IMG/VR virus record: IMGVR_UViG_3300042691_032331
Span: 1 to 64,000 of that record
Source: a virus
Reading direction: 5' to 3' (one strand)
DNA length: 64,000 bases
The notes beneath the pieces were generated by a model. That model ran no database searches, was not told the DNA's origin, and saw nothing but the letters and a program-made list of their open reading frames with translations. Below, piece by piece: positions 27,897 through 38,385 of the stretch; the stretch's first letter is position 1; each line of letters opens with the position of its first letter. Made by a program: the position numbers and the translations under genes.

Positions 27897-28352
27897 ATGA
27901 AGTACGCTATTGCTCTTTTACTTGCAATTTTTTGCACTACAACTTTCTCACGTGAAAGTTTTGTTTTAGAATTTATTGATAATTCTAGTGTCGTATATAA
28001 ACCGGACGATTGGGTACAAATATCTGAGGAAGAAAACTTCTATTTTTCTCTTAATAAAACTCCTGAACTTTTACAAGATAAAGTATATAGAGTTCATAGT
28101 ATGGTTGAGTTCAAAGTTGAAGAAGAATATACTCAACTTAAGGCACCTGTAAAACGTATTTTTAGCTATGGAATTATGGATTGCTCTAACGCTATATTTC
28201 ATTTAATGGGTGATTTTTATGTAGACAAAAATAACGAAATTGTCTTTTCATCGCAATCACAAATAGGCTCAAATCAGATTGAATTATTAACTCCTAATAC
28301 TTCACGAAATCTAGCATACAAGAAAGTATGCACCTATAATAGTGAAGCATAA
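27897..28352 (+). CDS. secreted hypothetical protein
   Basis: signal peptide, DC...KVC Cys pair (surface adhesin E-like pattern). Confidence 0.65.
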   Translation: MKYAIALLLAIFCTTTFSRESFVLEFIDNSSVVYKPDDWVQISEEENFYFSLNKTPELLQDKVYRVHSMVEFKVEEEYTQLKAPVKRIFSYGIMDCSNAIFHLMGDFYVDKNNEIVFSSQSQIGSNQIELLTPNTSRNLAYKKVCTYNSEA

Positions 28353-28584
28353 ATATTACAAAGGAGTTTTTATGACTGACGTTGAGAATGTAATATATAG
28401 GATGAAGAATATCCGTCAATTTATAGTTACTGTAGATTTACCGGATACATTTCAATTAAATGGTATAATGCCGTTTGACGTTAAAATAAGAAAAAATAAA
28501 GGTTGGTTTAAAGTATACGCACTCACACTTGAAGAAGCACAAGAAAAAGTAAATGAATTTGTAAACAAATTATCCTCAGAGTAG
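28342..28584 (+). CDS. hypothetical protein
   Basis: likely start MTDVEN after AAGGAG; followed by CCCC-GTAA-GGGG-T6 terminator. Confidence 0.65.
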   Translation: MKHKYYKGVFMTDVENVIYRMKNIRQFIVTVDLPDTFQLNGIMPFDVKIRKNKGWFKVYALTLEEAQEKVNEFVNKLSSE

Positions 28585-29085
28585 TACCCCTGCCCCGTAA
28601 GGGGTTTTTTAATGGAGATAGAAAATGAGCTGGTTTAGAACAACTAAAACAAAGACAGTCCATAAGTATCAGAAAAACATGGAAGTTCGTAAAATTAACG
28701 AATCTAAAGAAATTAAAGCAAAAGATAATACACAAAAACGCACAGTATTAAAAGATCAACAATCAATTAAATAATTTATGTAGATTTTATCTACATTTTT
28801 AGATTGTGAAATTAAAATGAATTTGGGGGAATTCACTAAAATTCTTTATGTTTTGGGTATTTGGTTTTTAATTTATTCTTTGGTTTTCTTTTAGATACTC
28901 TAAATGAACATCCTTAAAATCTCAATTCAATCAGTTTTGTCGCTTCTTGAAATTTATGGGATTATTAGAGTTATCATTATAATGTCTTTAATTCTCAGTT
29001 ATATAATTTTTCCTGATTTAAGTGGAATGGTTCTAAATACAATATTGAACTTTTTTTCAATTCCAACTTATAGCACATTAATAAC

Positions 29086-30102
29086 ATGACTATTTCAATA
29101 AGCGGCGGAGTAACTTTTTCTCCTGGCTACTCAGTTTTAGTAGACGCCAGTGAGACACCTACCGGTAGCCAGCAAGCATACACTACAGCAGGAACTTATA
29201 CATTTGTGGTACCTGAGGGTGTTACTAGTATATCAGTTGTTACTATAGGTGGCGGTGGTAGTGGTAAATCAGGTCAAACAGGCAATACAGGACCCGCAGG
29301 TAACGTATCACTAGGAGGTGGAGGAGGTGGACTAGCCTTTGTTAATAATATACCTGTTACACCCGGTGCAAGTTACACAGTTGTAGTTGGAGCAGGTGGA
29401 GTTGGTTCTAAGGTAGAAGGTGGTGGACAAGCAGGTCAAGATAGTTATTTTAAACCAGTTTCAGGCTCTAACATAGCAATAGGATATGGAGGAGGATTCA
29501 ATTCTTCAAATACAAATCCTTCATGTCAAGACCCGAGTCCAGGTGGCACTTATTTCGCAAGCACAAGTTTTGGCACATATGGTGGAGGAAATGGAGGAGC
29601 CGGAGGAATCGTTTCAAGCGGTCTAAATGGATCAGGTACAGGTGGTGGAGGAGCCGGAGGATATTCAGGTAATGGCGGTCAAGGTGGAGAAACAGGATTT
29701 GCAGGCAGCGCCGGCGCTGGAGGTGGTGGCGGAGGTGGTGGTGGTTTTAGCTCAACGACACTTTTCGCCGGAGGTGGTGGCGGAGGTGGCGGAGGCACCG
29801 GTATTTTAGGAGAAGGTAGTAATGGCTCCGGCGGCACTTATACAGCACAGAATACTAATGTTGATGGCGGTGGTGGTGGCTCCGGTGGTTTCAGTGGTAC
29901 AACTGGTAATACAAGTAATAATGGTGGAGTTGCTGGCTCAGGTGGATCATACGGAGGCGGTGGCGGAGGAGCCAATAATTGGGACCAAGTTTTCAAAGGT
30001 GGAAATAACGGTACATCGGGTAATGGTGGTGTAGGGGCAGTTAGAATAATATGGCCTGGAACAACAAGACAGTTCCCCTCAACAAATACAGGTGACTTAT
30101 AA
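29086..30102 (+). CDS. glycine-rich virion/tail fibre-like protein
   Basis: YTTAGTYTF.VP.GVTSISVV.IGGGG...GAVRIIW...FPSTN. Confidence 0.75.
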   Translation: MTISISGGVTFSPGYSVLVDASETPTGSQQAYTTAGTYTFVVPEGVTSISVVTIGGGGSGKSGQTGNTGPAGNVSLGGGGGGLAFVNNIPVTPGASYTVVVGAGGVGSKVEGGGQAGQDSYFKPVSGSNIAIGYGGGFNSSNTNPSCQDPSPGGTYFASTSFGTYGGGNGGAGGIVSSGLNGSGTGGGGAGGYSGNGGQGGETGFAGSAGAGGGGGGGGGFSSTTLFAGGGGGGGGGTGILGEGSNGSGGTYTAQNTNVDGGGGGSGGFSGTTGNTSNNGGVAGSGGSYGGGGGGANNWDQVFKGGNNGTSGNGGVGAVRIIWPGTTRQFPSTNTGDL

Positions 30103-31103
30103 TGCCAGGATTTACTTTTTCTCCGGGAATGACAGTAATAGGTGGGCTTAGTTTTAACAATACAGCCGTAATACAAGGTCAACAAGAATACACTACGGCT
30201 GGAACCTTTACTTGGACAGCTCCAGCTGGCGTTACTAGCGTATGTGTAGTATGCGTAGGTGGAGGCGGTGGTGGAGCTGGTGCTGAAGGTGGCGGTGGTG
30301 GAGGCGGTGGTCTTGGTTATAAGAACAACATTGCTGTAACCCCTGGTAATAATTATACTGTTGTAGTAGGAGTAGGAGGCACTAACGGTACTGATGGTAT
30401 AGCAGGTGGTAATGGTGGTGACAGTTACTTTATTAATACATCAACTGTTAAAGGTGGTGGAGGCAGTGGAGGAAATGTATCTACTGCTACAAGTAGTGCA
30501 ATCGCTACAGGTGGCGCCGGAGGAACGTACACCGGAGATGGTGGCGGCAACGGTGGTTTAGGCGGAACTAACTATGATAGTTCTACTAACTTTTCTGGTG
30601 GTCAAGGTGGCGGAGGTGGTGGTGCCGGTGGCTACAGCGGAAACGGTGGGCGTGGAGGTGATGGTTCTGCAACATCAACACCAGGTACGGCAGCTACAGC
30701 AGGCGCCGGCGGCGGGGGCGGCGGCGGTGGGGCTGGTACAGGCATCGCCGGAAATGGTAATGGAACTGGAGCAGGAGCTGGTGGTGGTGGCGTAGGGTTA
30801 TTAGGACAAGGAACCAATGGTTCTGCAGGTACAACTACGGTAGGAACACCGGGAGACGGAACACCAGGAGGTGGTGGTTCAAATGGAGCTACAGGCGGTG
30901 ATAATACTAATAACTTCATAGGTGGTCAGGTCGGTGGTGACGGTGGCGCATATGGAGGCGGTGGTGGTGGTTCTAATGGTAGATGGAATGCTGAGGGTGT
31001 TAGTCCTACTAACAGGCCCGGTGGTACAGGAGGAGTTGGTGCAGTAAGAATTATATGGGGTTCTGGTCGTTCGTTCCCGTCAACTAATACAGGTAATGTA
31101 TAA
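30102..31103 (+). CDS. glycine-rich virion/tail fibre-like protein
   Basis: paralog of flanking genes, same termini motifs. Confidence 0.75.
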   Translation: MPGFTFSPGMTVIGGLSFNNTAVIQGQQEYTTAGTFTWTAPAGVTSVCVVCVGGGGGGAGAEGGGGGGGGLGYKNNIAVTPGNNYTVVVGVGGTNGTDGIAGGNGGDSYFINTSTVKGGGGSGGNVSTATSSAIATGGAGGTYTGDGGGNGGLGGTNYDSSTNFSGGQGGGGGGAGGYSGNGGRGGDGSATSTPGTAATAGAGGGGGGGGAGTGIAGNGNGTGAGAGGGGVGLLGQGTNGSAGTTTVGTPGDGTPGGGGSNGATGGDNTNNFIGGQVGGDGGAYGGGGGGSNGRWNAEGVSPTNRPGGTGGVGAVRIIWGSGRSFPSTNTGNV

Positions 31104-32335
31104 TGGCAATACAAATTAATAATATTCAAATGACCGGTAGTGGTGCAAGTGTGTTTGGTAGTAATATCACAACACCCGGAGCTCCAACAATCGGTACAGC
31201 AACCCGTTATGGTTCTTTAGGCACTCAAGTGTCTGTCAGCTTCACTGGAACTTCAGATGCAGGTGGCGCAACTATTTTATACTATGAAGTAACTTCGAAT
31301 CCTGGTAATATTACAGCAACAGGCACAGGATCTCCTATCATTGTGTCTGGATTAACACAAGGAACATCATATACTTTTACAGTTCGTGCAGTAAATGTTT
31401 TAGGTGCAGGAACACCAAGTGCAGCAAGCAACAGCGTCACACCTGATATAAATGCAGGATCAGCAGCATTTACTTCTACTGGTAGCACAACATGGGTAGT
31501 TCCAGTTGGTGTTAGTTCTATATCTGTGGTTTGTATAGGTGGTGGAGGCGGTGGAGCAGCATTAAGAGTACCAGCTACAGGCGGTTACAGATCAGGCGGC
31601 GGCGGTGGAGGCGGCGCACTTGTTTACCTTAATAATATTAGTGTTACAGCAGGAGAAACATATACAGTCGTAGTAGGTAGCGGTGGTAATGGAGGTGCTG
31701 CAGGATCAAGTTTTGGAACAGGTAATACAGGTGGGAATTCGTATATATCGACATTTGTTGGTAATAGTTTAGTAACAGGCGCTAAAGGTGGCGAAGGTGG
31801 TACTTGGATAGGACAGACAGGTTATGCTGGCGCTATGTCAGGTGCAAGCTTTGATGGTTTAGGAGGAGGTGGCGCCGGCGGAAATGGACAAGCTAATACT
31901 TCTAATCTTATGTCAGGTGCAGCAGGTGGCGGCGGTGCTGGTGGATATGGTGGCTACGGGGGCGATGGAGCTACGTTCACATCAGCATGGGTAGTTGGCA
32001 CTGCCGGAGCAAACGGCGGTGGTGGAGGTGGTGGTTATACTCATACTGGTACAGTCACCGGTGGTGGTGGTGGCGGTGGTACTGGTATAAACGGAGAGGG
32101 AAGTAATGGTAGTGCTGGAAATTCAGGCACAAGTGATAGTGGTGGTAAAGGCGGCTCTGGTGGAAGTGATGGACAAGGAAATGATGGTTCAATAGCCGGC
32201 GGCGCATATGGTGGTGGAGGCGCAGGTGCTCGTTCTGCAAGTATACGAGGTGGTGACGGTGCAGGTGGAGCAGTTAGAATTGTATGGGGCAATTCAACGG
32301 TAACAAAATCATTCCCCTCAACTAATGTTGGTTAA
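31103..32335 (+). CDS. glycine-rich virion protein with fibronectin type III domain
   Basis: PGAPTIG...GLTQGTSYTFTVRAVN..G.G..S FN3 motif then Gly-rich domain. Confidence 0.8.
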   Translation: MAIQINNIQMTGSGASVFGSNITTPGAPTIGTATRYGSLGTQVSVSFTGTSDAGGATILYYEVTSNPGNITATGTGSPIIVSGLTQGTSYTFTVRAVNVLGAGTPSAASNSVTPDINAGSAAFTSTGSTTWVVPVGVSSISVVCIGGGGGGAALRVPATGGYRSGGGGGGGALVYLNNISVTAGETYTVVVGSGGNGGAAGSSFGTGNTGGNSYISTFVGNSLVTGAKGGEGGTWIGQTGYAGAMSGASFDGLGGGGAGGNGQANTSNLMSGAAGGGGAGGYGGYGGDGATFTSAWVVGTAGANGGGGGGGYTHTGTVTGGGGGGGTGINGEGSNGSAGNSGTSDSGGKGGSGGSDGQGNDGSIAGGAYGGGGAGARSASIRGGDGAGGAVRIVWGNSTVTKSFPSTNVG

Positions 32336-32629
32336 ATGAAAAAAATATTATATACTTTATTATTGGTACCTTCACTAGGCTTTAGTGAAGAAATTGTTTC
32401 ATTCAGTGGTATATGTGATGATACAAAAATTCTTTTTGATAAAATAAAAGAATATAAAGAAAGCCCAATAGCTTTGGGAGAGATGACAGGGCTAGAGAAA
32501 GCTAAATTTAGTTTATGGATGAATCCTAAAACTAAAACTTGGACAATTGTTTATACTAAAGATAAACAAAGTTGTGTGGTTGGAGTTGGTGAAAAACTTA
32601 AAGTAATCTCACCTAATCCTAACATGTGA
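32336..32629 (+). CDS. secreted hypothetical protein
   Basis: signal peptide; W.N..TKTWTIV...SCVVG.G. Confidence 0.7.
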   Translation: MKKILYTLLLVPSLGFSEEIVSFSGICDDTKILFDKIKEYKESPIALGEMTGLEKAKFSLWMNPKTKTWTIVYTKDKQSCVVGVGEKLKVISPNPNM

Positions 32630-32903
32630 TTTTTTTTCGACCTGTTGAGAAACTCTTTTTGACAACATAGTCACGATTTGGTATTGGAGTAAAATCTTTT
32701 GTAAGATTTTTATATATAAGATCATCTCCGTATTTTAGTATTATATAACTATAAACAGAATCACTATTTGAAACAGAGATCCTTAGATGATTGGACCATT
32801 TTGTTTTACTATTAATTAACTTTTTAATATTTTTATCATTTAATATATCATCAAAGTTATTTGATTCTCTATAAAAGTTAAAGTATTGATCTATTTTTTC
32901 CAT
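32619..32903 (-). CDS. hypothetical protein
   Basis: ORF in operon context. Confidence 0.6.
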   Translation of the reverse strand: MEKIDQYFNFYRESNNFDDILNDKNIKKLINSKTKWSNHLRISVSNSDSVYSYIILKYGDDLIYKNLTKDFTPIPNRDYVVKKSFSTGRKKITC

Positions 32904-33100
32904 AATATAAAATTTACATAATCTTTTTCAGATAAAAAAAAGAATTTATAATTACCATCTAATGCTTCAGCAAAATCAGTAGACTCTGTTACAAACCATT
33001 CTTCACTGCAATTTCTTTCACACCAATCCATATATGGACCTAACTGTCCATATGGCAGTTTTACTTGAGTATTGTAATAATTAAATGCTGTGCTTTGCAA
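32891..33100 (-). CDS. small protein, F.L.W C-terminal family
   Basis: WC...W...F..EKDY..FILW. Confidence 0.7.
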   Translation of the reverse strand: MQSTAFNYYNTQVKLPYGQLGPYMDWCERNCSEEWFVTESTDFAEALDGNYKFFFLSEKDYVNFILWKK

Positions 33101-33581
33101 CCTCTACTCCGGAACGTTTAAGGAATTCAATACCGGCATTACTTCTATATTCTTCATTGTAATAGACTTTACTTATACCTGATTGATAAATTAGTTTTGC
33201 ACATTCAAGACAAGGACTATGGGTAACAAATAATTCTGCCCCTAATCCGCTGTTATGACTTTTAGCTAACTTTGCCAATGCATTTGATTCAGCGTGTAAA
33301 ACTTCTGGTTTTGTTTTTAGTCTAGTCCAACCATTATCTGTTTCTGTAAATTGATTCTCTATCATCCATTCTTTAGTAGAATAACATTCAGATTTTGATA
33401 CATATTCTGTTTCTTCGCAATTATTATTCCAACCAGCTGGCATACCATTGTATCCATAGCTTATTACGCAATCGTCTTTAACAATCACTGCACCAACTTT
33501 TAATCTTTGAGCATAACTTAACTCACTTGTTCTTTTTGCCCAATCCATGTATAGTTTTATAAACTTATCTTTCACGAACAT
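33081..33581 (-). CDS. dCMP deaminase
   Basis: VGAVIV, GYNG.P, HAESNA, THSPCLECAK. Confidence 0.92.
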   Translation of the reverse strand: MFVKDKFIKLYMDWAKRTSELSYAQRLKVGAVIVKDDCVISYGYNGMPAGWNNNCEETEYVSKSECYSTKEWMIENQFTETDNGWTRLKTKPEVLHAESNALAKLAKSHNSGLGAELFVTHSPCLECAKLIYQSGISKVYYNEEYRSNAGIEFLKRSGVEVAKHSI

Positions 33582-33822
33582 AACCCATACGACTAATATG
33601 ATCTATTGCGTAACATTCGTCTACTAATATATCTAATAGATAATCTTCAATACCAAAACGCTTACTAAATGCTTTACCGAATGTGACCCCTTTTAATTTT
33701 TCAAATATATATTCTTTACGAAATAAATCGTAATCTTTTTTACTGATGGTAATTTTAGTATGGCATCTTTCTTTTGTCCAATCACTTAGTGCAGATACTA
33801 CAGAATCCATAATAGCATCCAT
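33565..33822 (-). CDS. hypothetical protein
   Basis: ORF in operon context. Confidence 0.6.
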   Translation of the reverse strand: MDAIMDSVVSALSDWTKERCHTKITISKKDYDLFRKEYIFEKLKGVTFGKAFSKRFGIEDYLLDILVDECYAIDHISRMGYVRER

Positions 33823-33824
33823 AA

Positions 33825-34361
33825 TTAATCCCACAAACTAAAGTAATATTTTGCAAATAAATCAATACCTTCTTGTATTCTTTTGCGATGTTCTTCCATT
33901 CCCTCAAAATCTATCCAGTGTTCTTCTGGGTTTTTATCTACCATTTCATATAATTTTTCTACTTTGCCTGTAATTGGATTTAATTTAGTTTCATCAATTT
34001 CTTTCCACTCATAATCTCCTTCACCATGATAGTATTTTGATTCCCAATTATCCTCTACAATTTGTTGAAAGCTCCAAATCATTTTTTCAAGGATTTCTTC
34101 GTATCTCTCTACAGATTTGTTAAACATTTCATGATGATCTTCTTTGTAAAAATCAAAACTTTCCTGTTTTTCATAGTCGGCACCTCCTATGGCAGCAAAC
34201 TCAGCAGGTACTCCCTGCTTTGTTTGTTTTAATTGAAGTAGCATTGGAAGTATAATCATAGCTAATGTATGATCCATACTATATGTGTCGTAGCGGTCTA
34301 TTTGTATATCAATTTTTCTTTTGCCGCTACCTAATGGGTATTTACCGATGTTTATTTTCAT
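33825..34361 (-). CDS. conserved phage protein
   Basis: DTYSMDHTLA.IILPML..LK...G.P; RIQEG..LF.KY...LWD. Confidence 0.8.
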   Translation of the reverse strand: MKINIGKYPLGSGKRKIDIQIDRYDTYSMDHTLAMIILPMLLQLKQTKQGVPAEFAAIGGADYEKQESFDFYKEDHHEMFNKSVERYEEILEKMIWSFQQIVEDNWESKYYHGEGDYEWKEIDETKLNPITGKVEKLYEMVDKNPEEHWIDFEGMEEHRKRIQEGIDLFAKYYFSLWD

Positions 34362-34737
34362 CTTTGAACTTTTCTACTTTACCATCCATAAACATATAAA
34401 CTTCTTTATCGTGAACTACAGTAGCCCACTCAATATTTTTATATTTCTTTGCTAGTTCTGCTAATTCATCTAATGATGATCCTTGACAAACAAATTCGTC
34501 GTTTTGATAATATAAGTATAAAGTATTTTGTATCGCTTCAACCTTTAAATCTTCAACGTCAGCCTTATCTTCTGACTCAGGATCTAACAGTGCTTTTTCC
34601 ATTTCTTTTTCTAAGTCTATACCTTGTGTTTGTGCAATTTTGATAAGCAACTTGCGAAACCTTATTAAGGCAATAGTTTCGCCAATAGTATATCCTAAAA
34701 ATACAAGAACTATAACTGAAAACAGATCCATAAACAT
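34342..34737 (-). CDS. hypothetical membrane-anchored protein
   Basis: N-terminal TM, FVCQG.SL.EL. Confidence 0.7.
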   Translation of the reverse strand: MFMDLFSVIVLVFLGYTIGETIALIRFRKLLIKIAQTQGIDLEKEMEKALLDPESEDKADVEDLKVEAIQNTLYLYYQNDEFVCQGSSLDELAELAKKYKNIEWATVVHDKEVYMFMDGKVEKFKDENKHR

Positions 34738-34739
34738 AT

Positions 34740-35270
34740 TTATTGTTTTTTCCTATTCATTGATTTGATTTTAGGTTCAATGTAACGTTGATGGTATTCT
34801 TTATAATTTTCCAGATAATTTTCCCATTGTATCCATTGATGCTTCTTTTTTGTTTTGTTGATTAAGAATCCCCAGTCACGTTGCTGAGGTCCCATCAAAA
34901 ACAATGTAGTAGCAGGTCCAATTGTTTCATCAATCTCTAACCAATGAAATTCTTTAGCACTACGCTTGAGTATGCTACCAGGACCACGCCATGTAGTAAA
35001 TTCAGCGAATATCTCCCCTTTGTTATTATACACAGGAGTATGTTCCCAATAACCACCACTTAAGATAATAGTAATAAAGGGCCAAGGATGATCGTGAAAA
35101 ATAGGGTCATCACTTTTTACAATCTTATGTAAAGTGATATTAAACGGAAAAAACTTACGATCTTTAAGAAACAAATAGTAACGGTGCATATAATCTTCGC
35201 CCGTTCTACGGTCAGGTATTAGACGATACCTGCCTAACTTATCCATTATTTTGTGAAGTATCTTTTTCAT
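34740..35270 (-). CDS. cupin-fold protein
   Basis: LHKI..SD...HDHPWPF..IIL.GGYWE, FH.LE, GP..R.WGF. Confidence 0.8.
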   Translation of the reverse strand: MKKILHKIMDKLGRYRLIPDRRTGEDYMHRYYLFLKDRKFFPFNITLHKIVKSDDPIFHDHPWPFITIILSGGYWEHTPVYNNKGEIFAEFTTWRGPGSILKRSAKEFHWLEIDETIGPATTLFLMGPQQRDWGFLINKTKKKHQWIQWENYLENYKEYHQRYIEPKIKSMNRKKQ

Positions 35271-35346
35271 ATTCAGGTATCTAAAAAACTAAAAGACAGC
35301 TTTTTTACAGAAAGCTGTCCAAAAACTGCTCTTTTAGGAGTGAGCC

Positions 35347-35601
35347 TTATACGCCCATTGCTAGAGCACGATAGCCTGCTGCAATAAGTTCGCGGGTAGG
35401 TGTTCCCAAACGATACTTGGTGCTTGTGCGACCTTTAGTATCAGTATGCTGATTAGCATAGATTGAGAAACCACTATAGCGAAGGTCGCTAACAGTAGCA
35501 GTAGGATTGGCAATGCCAAAACGTGCTTTGATTTGTGCTGCTGTTAGTTCTTCACCCTTACGAAATGCCTCTAGAAGGCGTTCTTGCTTAGTATTAGTCA
35601 T
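35347..35601 (-). CDS. winged HTH DNA-binding protein
   Basis: GEELTAAQIKARFGIANPTATVSDLR..G. Confidence 0.75.
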   Translation of the reverse strand: MTNTKQERLLEAFRKGEELTAAQIKARFGIANPTATVSDLRYSGFSIYANQHTDTKGRTSTKYRLGTPTRELIAAGYRALAMGV

Positions 35602-35687
35602 TTATATCCTCATTAATAAAAATCGTTGATCAACAACGTATTATGATTATAGTACAAGATTGTTAGATATGCAAACAAATCGGTGAA

Positions 35688-36407
35688 TTAATTTTCAACT
35701 TTTCTACCGTTTTGTCCCAATTTGCCACTTACACCAATAATGGGCACTTCACGAACATGCTCATTTGGCAAGAGTAAAAATAAAAGGTGCTCAATATCAA
35801 CCCTAGACTTATCTTTAAGTCTTTGCATAAATGTATCAACTGCCTCTTTATAAAAATCTTTTACAACAGGATGAAGTGATTTGGGCCAGCTCCAAAGTCT
35901 ACTCATATATTGAAATGGTATATTTGTATTATCTAATTCAGTAGTGAATTGACTCTTATATCGCATTGGCAATATTATTTTATCTGTAAACCTCTCATAC
36001 AATCTAGGATTGAAGTTTTCATTTAGTGTATATCTTCCAGATAGTTTATGTATTCTATCCACATTGTCAAATATAGTAGTTTCTTCTTCAAGCATTTTAA
36101 GTGCCGAATTAAAAGCTAATAGTTCACTCATGTTTTTGGCAATGTCCCAATTGTCAGTGTTTTCACGTATATGTGTAAGTGTCTTATCACCACTCATATT
36201 AACAATGAAACTAACTACCTCACGAAATTCGTCCAGTATTTCTTTTTCAACAGGTAATGCTGAACTTTCTATGAGGACGATTTGTGCATCTGGTACACGC
36301 TTTCGTATACTTTTAAATGTGTCCCAAGTCTGAGAAACACGTTCTTCCTGATCGTATTTCCCAAACTTGGTTTTTACTGCGCTTGTGATTAAAAATAAAT
36401 GGTTCAT
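35688..36407 (-). CDS. hypothetical protein (possible glycosyltransferase-like)
   Basis: FLITS, R..QT..T..SIR, KLSGRY, DIEH motifs. Confidence 0.65.
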   Translation of the reverse strand: MNHLFLITSAVKTKFGKYDQEERVSQTWDTFKSIRKRVPDAQIVLIESSALPVEKEILDEFREVVSFIVNMSGDKTLTHIRENTDNWDIAKNMSELLAFNSALKMLEEETTIFDNVDRIHKLSGRYTLNENFNPRLYERFTDKIILPMRYKSQFTTELDNTNIPFQYMSRLWSWPKSLHPVVKDFYKEAVDTFMQRLKDKSRVDIEHLLFLLLPNEHVREVPIIGVSGKLGQNGRKVEN

Positions 36408-37312
36408 GTAATGTCAACGTATTTTAGTGTAAAACTATCGGCACGATCTTCGTACCCATCGTAGCCTCGAGGGTTACAAACAATACGTGTTGTACCAAGC
36501 ATATAATCAAACTCCTCATGAGTATGTCCATGAGTCCAAAGTTTAATTTGCCTACGATCTAAGATGTAGTTATTTAGATCAGAACTGTATGCCCCATTCA
36601 TTATTTTTTCATTTTGATAACGAGGATGGGTACTTAGTTTACTAGGTGCATGATGACCTACTACCACTGTTGGTAGATTAGGATGTAGTTCCAATACCTC
36701 ATCTAAACCACGGCGAAACTTATAATGTTCTTCTACTGCATCATCAGGCATAAAAGTTGCAGGTCTTTCATTAAACTTTACAACATGTTGACCTGCATTA
36801 TCAGGATCGGGCAAAGTATAACGATAGCTAGACATTTTATTTGAATTTTTCACACAATTAAAATCATTCATCATTGTGCGAATCATAGCCATAGTAGCAC
36901 GATCTTCATTATTCATGTCAGTCCATAATGTACCGCCATAAAATAATACGCCATTAATAATTTTCCATTCATTATCTAGGAAATGAAAATTACTTTTATG
37001 TTCAAACGAACCACGAATAATATTAGCCGTGTCAGCAAAATCACCATGATAATGTTCGTGATTACCCATGATGAATACTACGTGCGGGAATCTTTCAGTG
37101 CAACGCATTATAAAATTATAGTAGCGATCACTACGTGCCTTTTGGCTACTAGTAGCGGCGATTAGTTGTGAGCTTTCATCATATAGAAAAGACTTAAGAT
37201 CATTTGCCACAAAAATATCGCCACCGAGTATTAATACATCAGCGTTTTCTGTGTTTTGTAAATCTAAATCTCCAAACTCTAAGTGTAGGTCACTACAAAC
37301 TGCTACTTTCAT
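36404..37312 (-). CDS. calcineurin-like metallophosphoesterase
   Basis: SDLHLEF, GD, GNHEHY, TLWTD, HHAPS, HGHTH, NPRGY. Confidence 0.92.
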   Translation of the reverse strand: MKVAVCSDLHLEFGDLDLQNTENADVLILGGDIFVANDLKSFLYDESSQLIAATSSQKARSDRYYNFIMRCTERFPHVVFIMGNHEHYHGDFADTANIIRGSFEHKSNFHFLDNEWKIINGVLFYGGTLWTDMNNEDRATMAMIRTMMNDFNCVKNSNKMSSYRYTLPDPDNAGQHVVKFNERPATFMPDDAVEEHYKFRRGLDEVLELHPNLPTVVVGHHAPSKLSTHPRYQNEKIMNGAYSSDLNNYILDRRQIKLWTHGHTHEEFDYMLGTTRIVCNPRGYDGYEDRADSFTLKYVDIT

Positions 37313-37323
37313 TTTTATTCCTT

Positions 37324-37530
37324 TTAGTGACGATATGCTATTGATCTAATTTCTACTTTATTGCAATTACAACATGTTCTAGACTGCGACCATTCTGAAT
37401 ATACTAATTCTTTAGTAGGAGTAGACCATACTGTGTAGTTATGTAAACCTAAATAACAAAGGATACTTTTAACTAACAATTTTTCTTCCTTTAATTTTCT
37501 TACAATATTAGTATGTTCATTCATAGCCAA
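37324..37530 (-). CDS. small Cys/His protein
   Basis: LC.LG.H....W...C..C. Confidence 0.6.
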   Translation of the reverse strand: MAMNEHTNIVRKLKEEKLLVKSILCYLGLHNYTVWSTPTKELVYSEWSQSRTCCNCNKVEIRSIAYRH

Positions 37531-37760
37531 CGTAGTGCAAATTCAATAGAATCACGCTCTCTCACAAACTCCCAAATAACAACATGATAATCAATTGTAC
37601 CTTCAGGATGGTTTCTACGCCACCCACACTTTGAAATTATTTTACCATGTTTACGTGCAAGCCAATCAAACATAAGACAATATTGTTCGTAAGTTCTAAT
37701 ATGTGTACGAACGGTGTATTTGTATTTTCTTCGAGTTAGCCGTCTTTGTTTACTATTCAT
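37521..37760 (-). CDS. small protein, F.L.W C-terminal family
   Basis: ends EFVRERDSIEFALRWL. Confidence 0.7.
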   Translation of the reverse strand: MNSKQRRLTRRKYKYTVRTHIRTYEQYCLMFDWLARKHGKIISKCGWRRNHPEGTIDYHVVIWEFVRERDSIEFALRWL

Positions 37761-37794
37761 AGTATAGCAAAAATTATATTATTTGTCAAATAGG

Positions 37795-38175
37795 TTATGC
37801 CCATTTTAATGCTAAAAGTGAAGCATAATAGGCTTTAGATTTTATAATTTTTATACTGAGCCGATTTTCAGCAACATCATTATTGATGAAGCCCCAATTC
37901 CAATGCCATCCTTGTTTACCAACGTACTGTTCTAGAAAAGGTCTATAAAAATCATTAGGATCTGCACTTTCAACTTCTACCCAAGTTGCGCCACAGTCGT
38001 ACCATCTAGTATCACCGTAACCCACCACAATTTTTCCTACAGGCCACCTAACGTTAATTATTACACCTGGCATAAATCTCCACCAAATTCCAGATAGTAT
38101 ATCTACGTGAGCAGGCCAAAAGTGCGAAAATTTTTGACCTTTGAATATAAATAAATTTTTAATATCAAGTTGCAT
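37795..38175 (-). CDS. hypothetical protein, F.L.W-related
   Basis: ends ASLLALKWA. Confidence 0.65.
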   Translation of the reverse strand: MQLDIKNLFIFKGQKFSHFWPAHVDILSGIWWRFMPGVIINVRWPVGKIVVGYGDTRWYDCGATWVEVESADPNDFYRPFLEQYVGKQGWHWNWGFINNDVAENRLSIKIIKSKAYYASLLALKWA

Positions 38176-38385
38176 TTATGACCACCTCAAAGCAAACCAC
38201 ACAGCATCTTCATTACACTCAAACTCAATAAACTTTTCTGTTAGGTAACCCGGACTATGATGGTAAGGTTTCTTACAGTTAGCCTTGAGCCATTCATCGA
38301 CTAAGTAGTCTTTGTAACTTCTTTGATATTTTGCCTGCACACTACTATCTGTAGTTTCGGCGTACTTTACTTTATGTAAAGTCAT
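38176..38385 (-). CDS. small protein, F.L.W C-terminal family
   Basis: ends EDAVWFALRWS; start re-set to MTLHKV. Confidence 0.7.
   Translation of the reverse strand: MTLHKVKYAETTDSSVQAKYQRSYKDYLVDEWLKANCKKPYHHSPGYLTEKFIEFECNEDAVWFALRWS

Noticed and set aside
28774-29085. ORF 28904-29089 and AT-rich tract as gene or origin
   Set aside because: No RBS, motif or iterons seen; cannot be supported.
29627-32292. Pro-rich antisense and alternate-frame ORFs; possible diversity-generating retroelement
   Set aside because: They are shadows of poly-Gly codons. There is no reverse transcriptase and no adenine-specific template/variable repeat pair.
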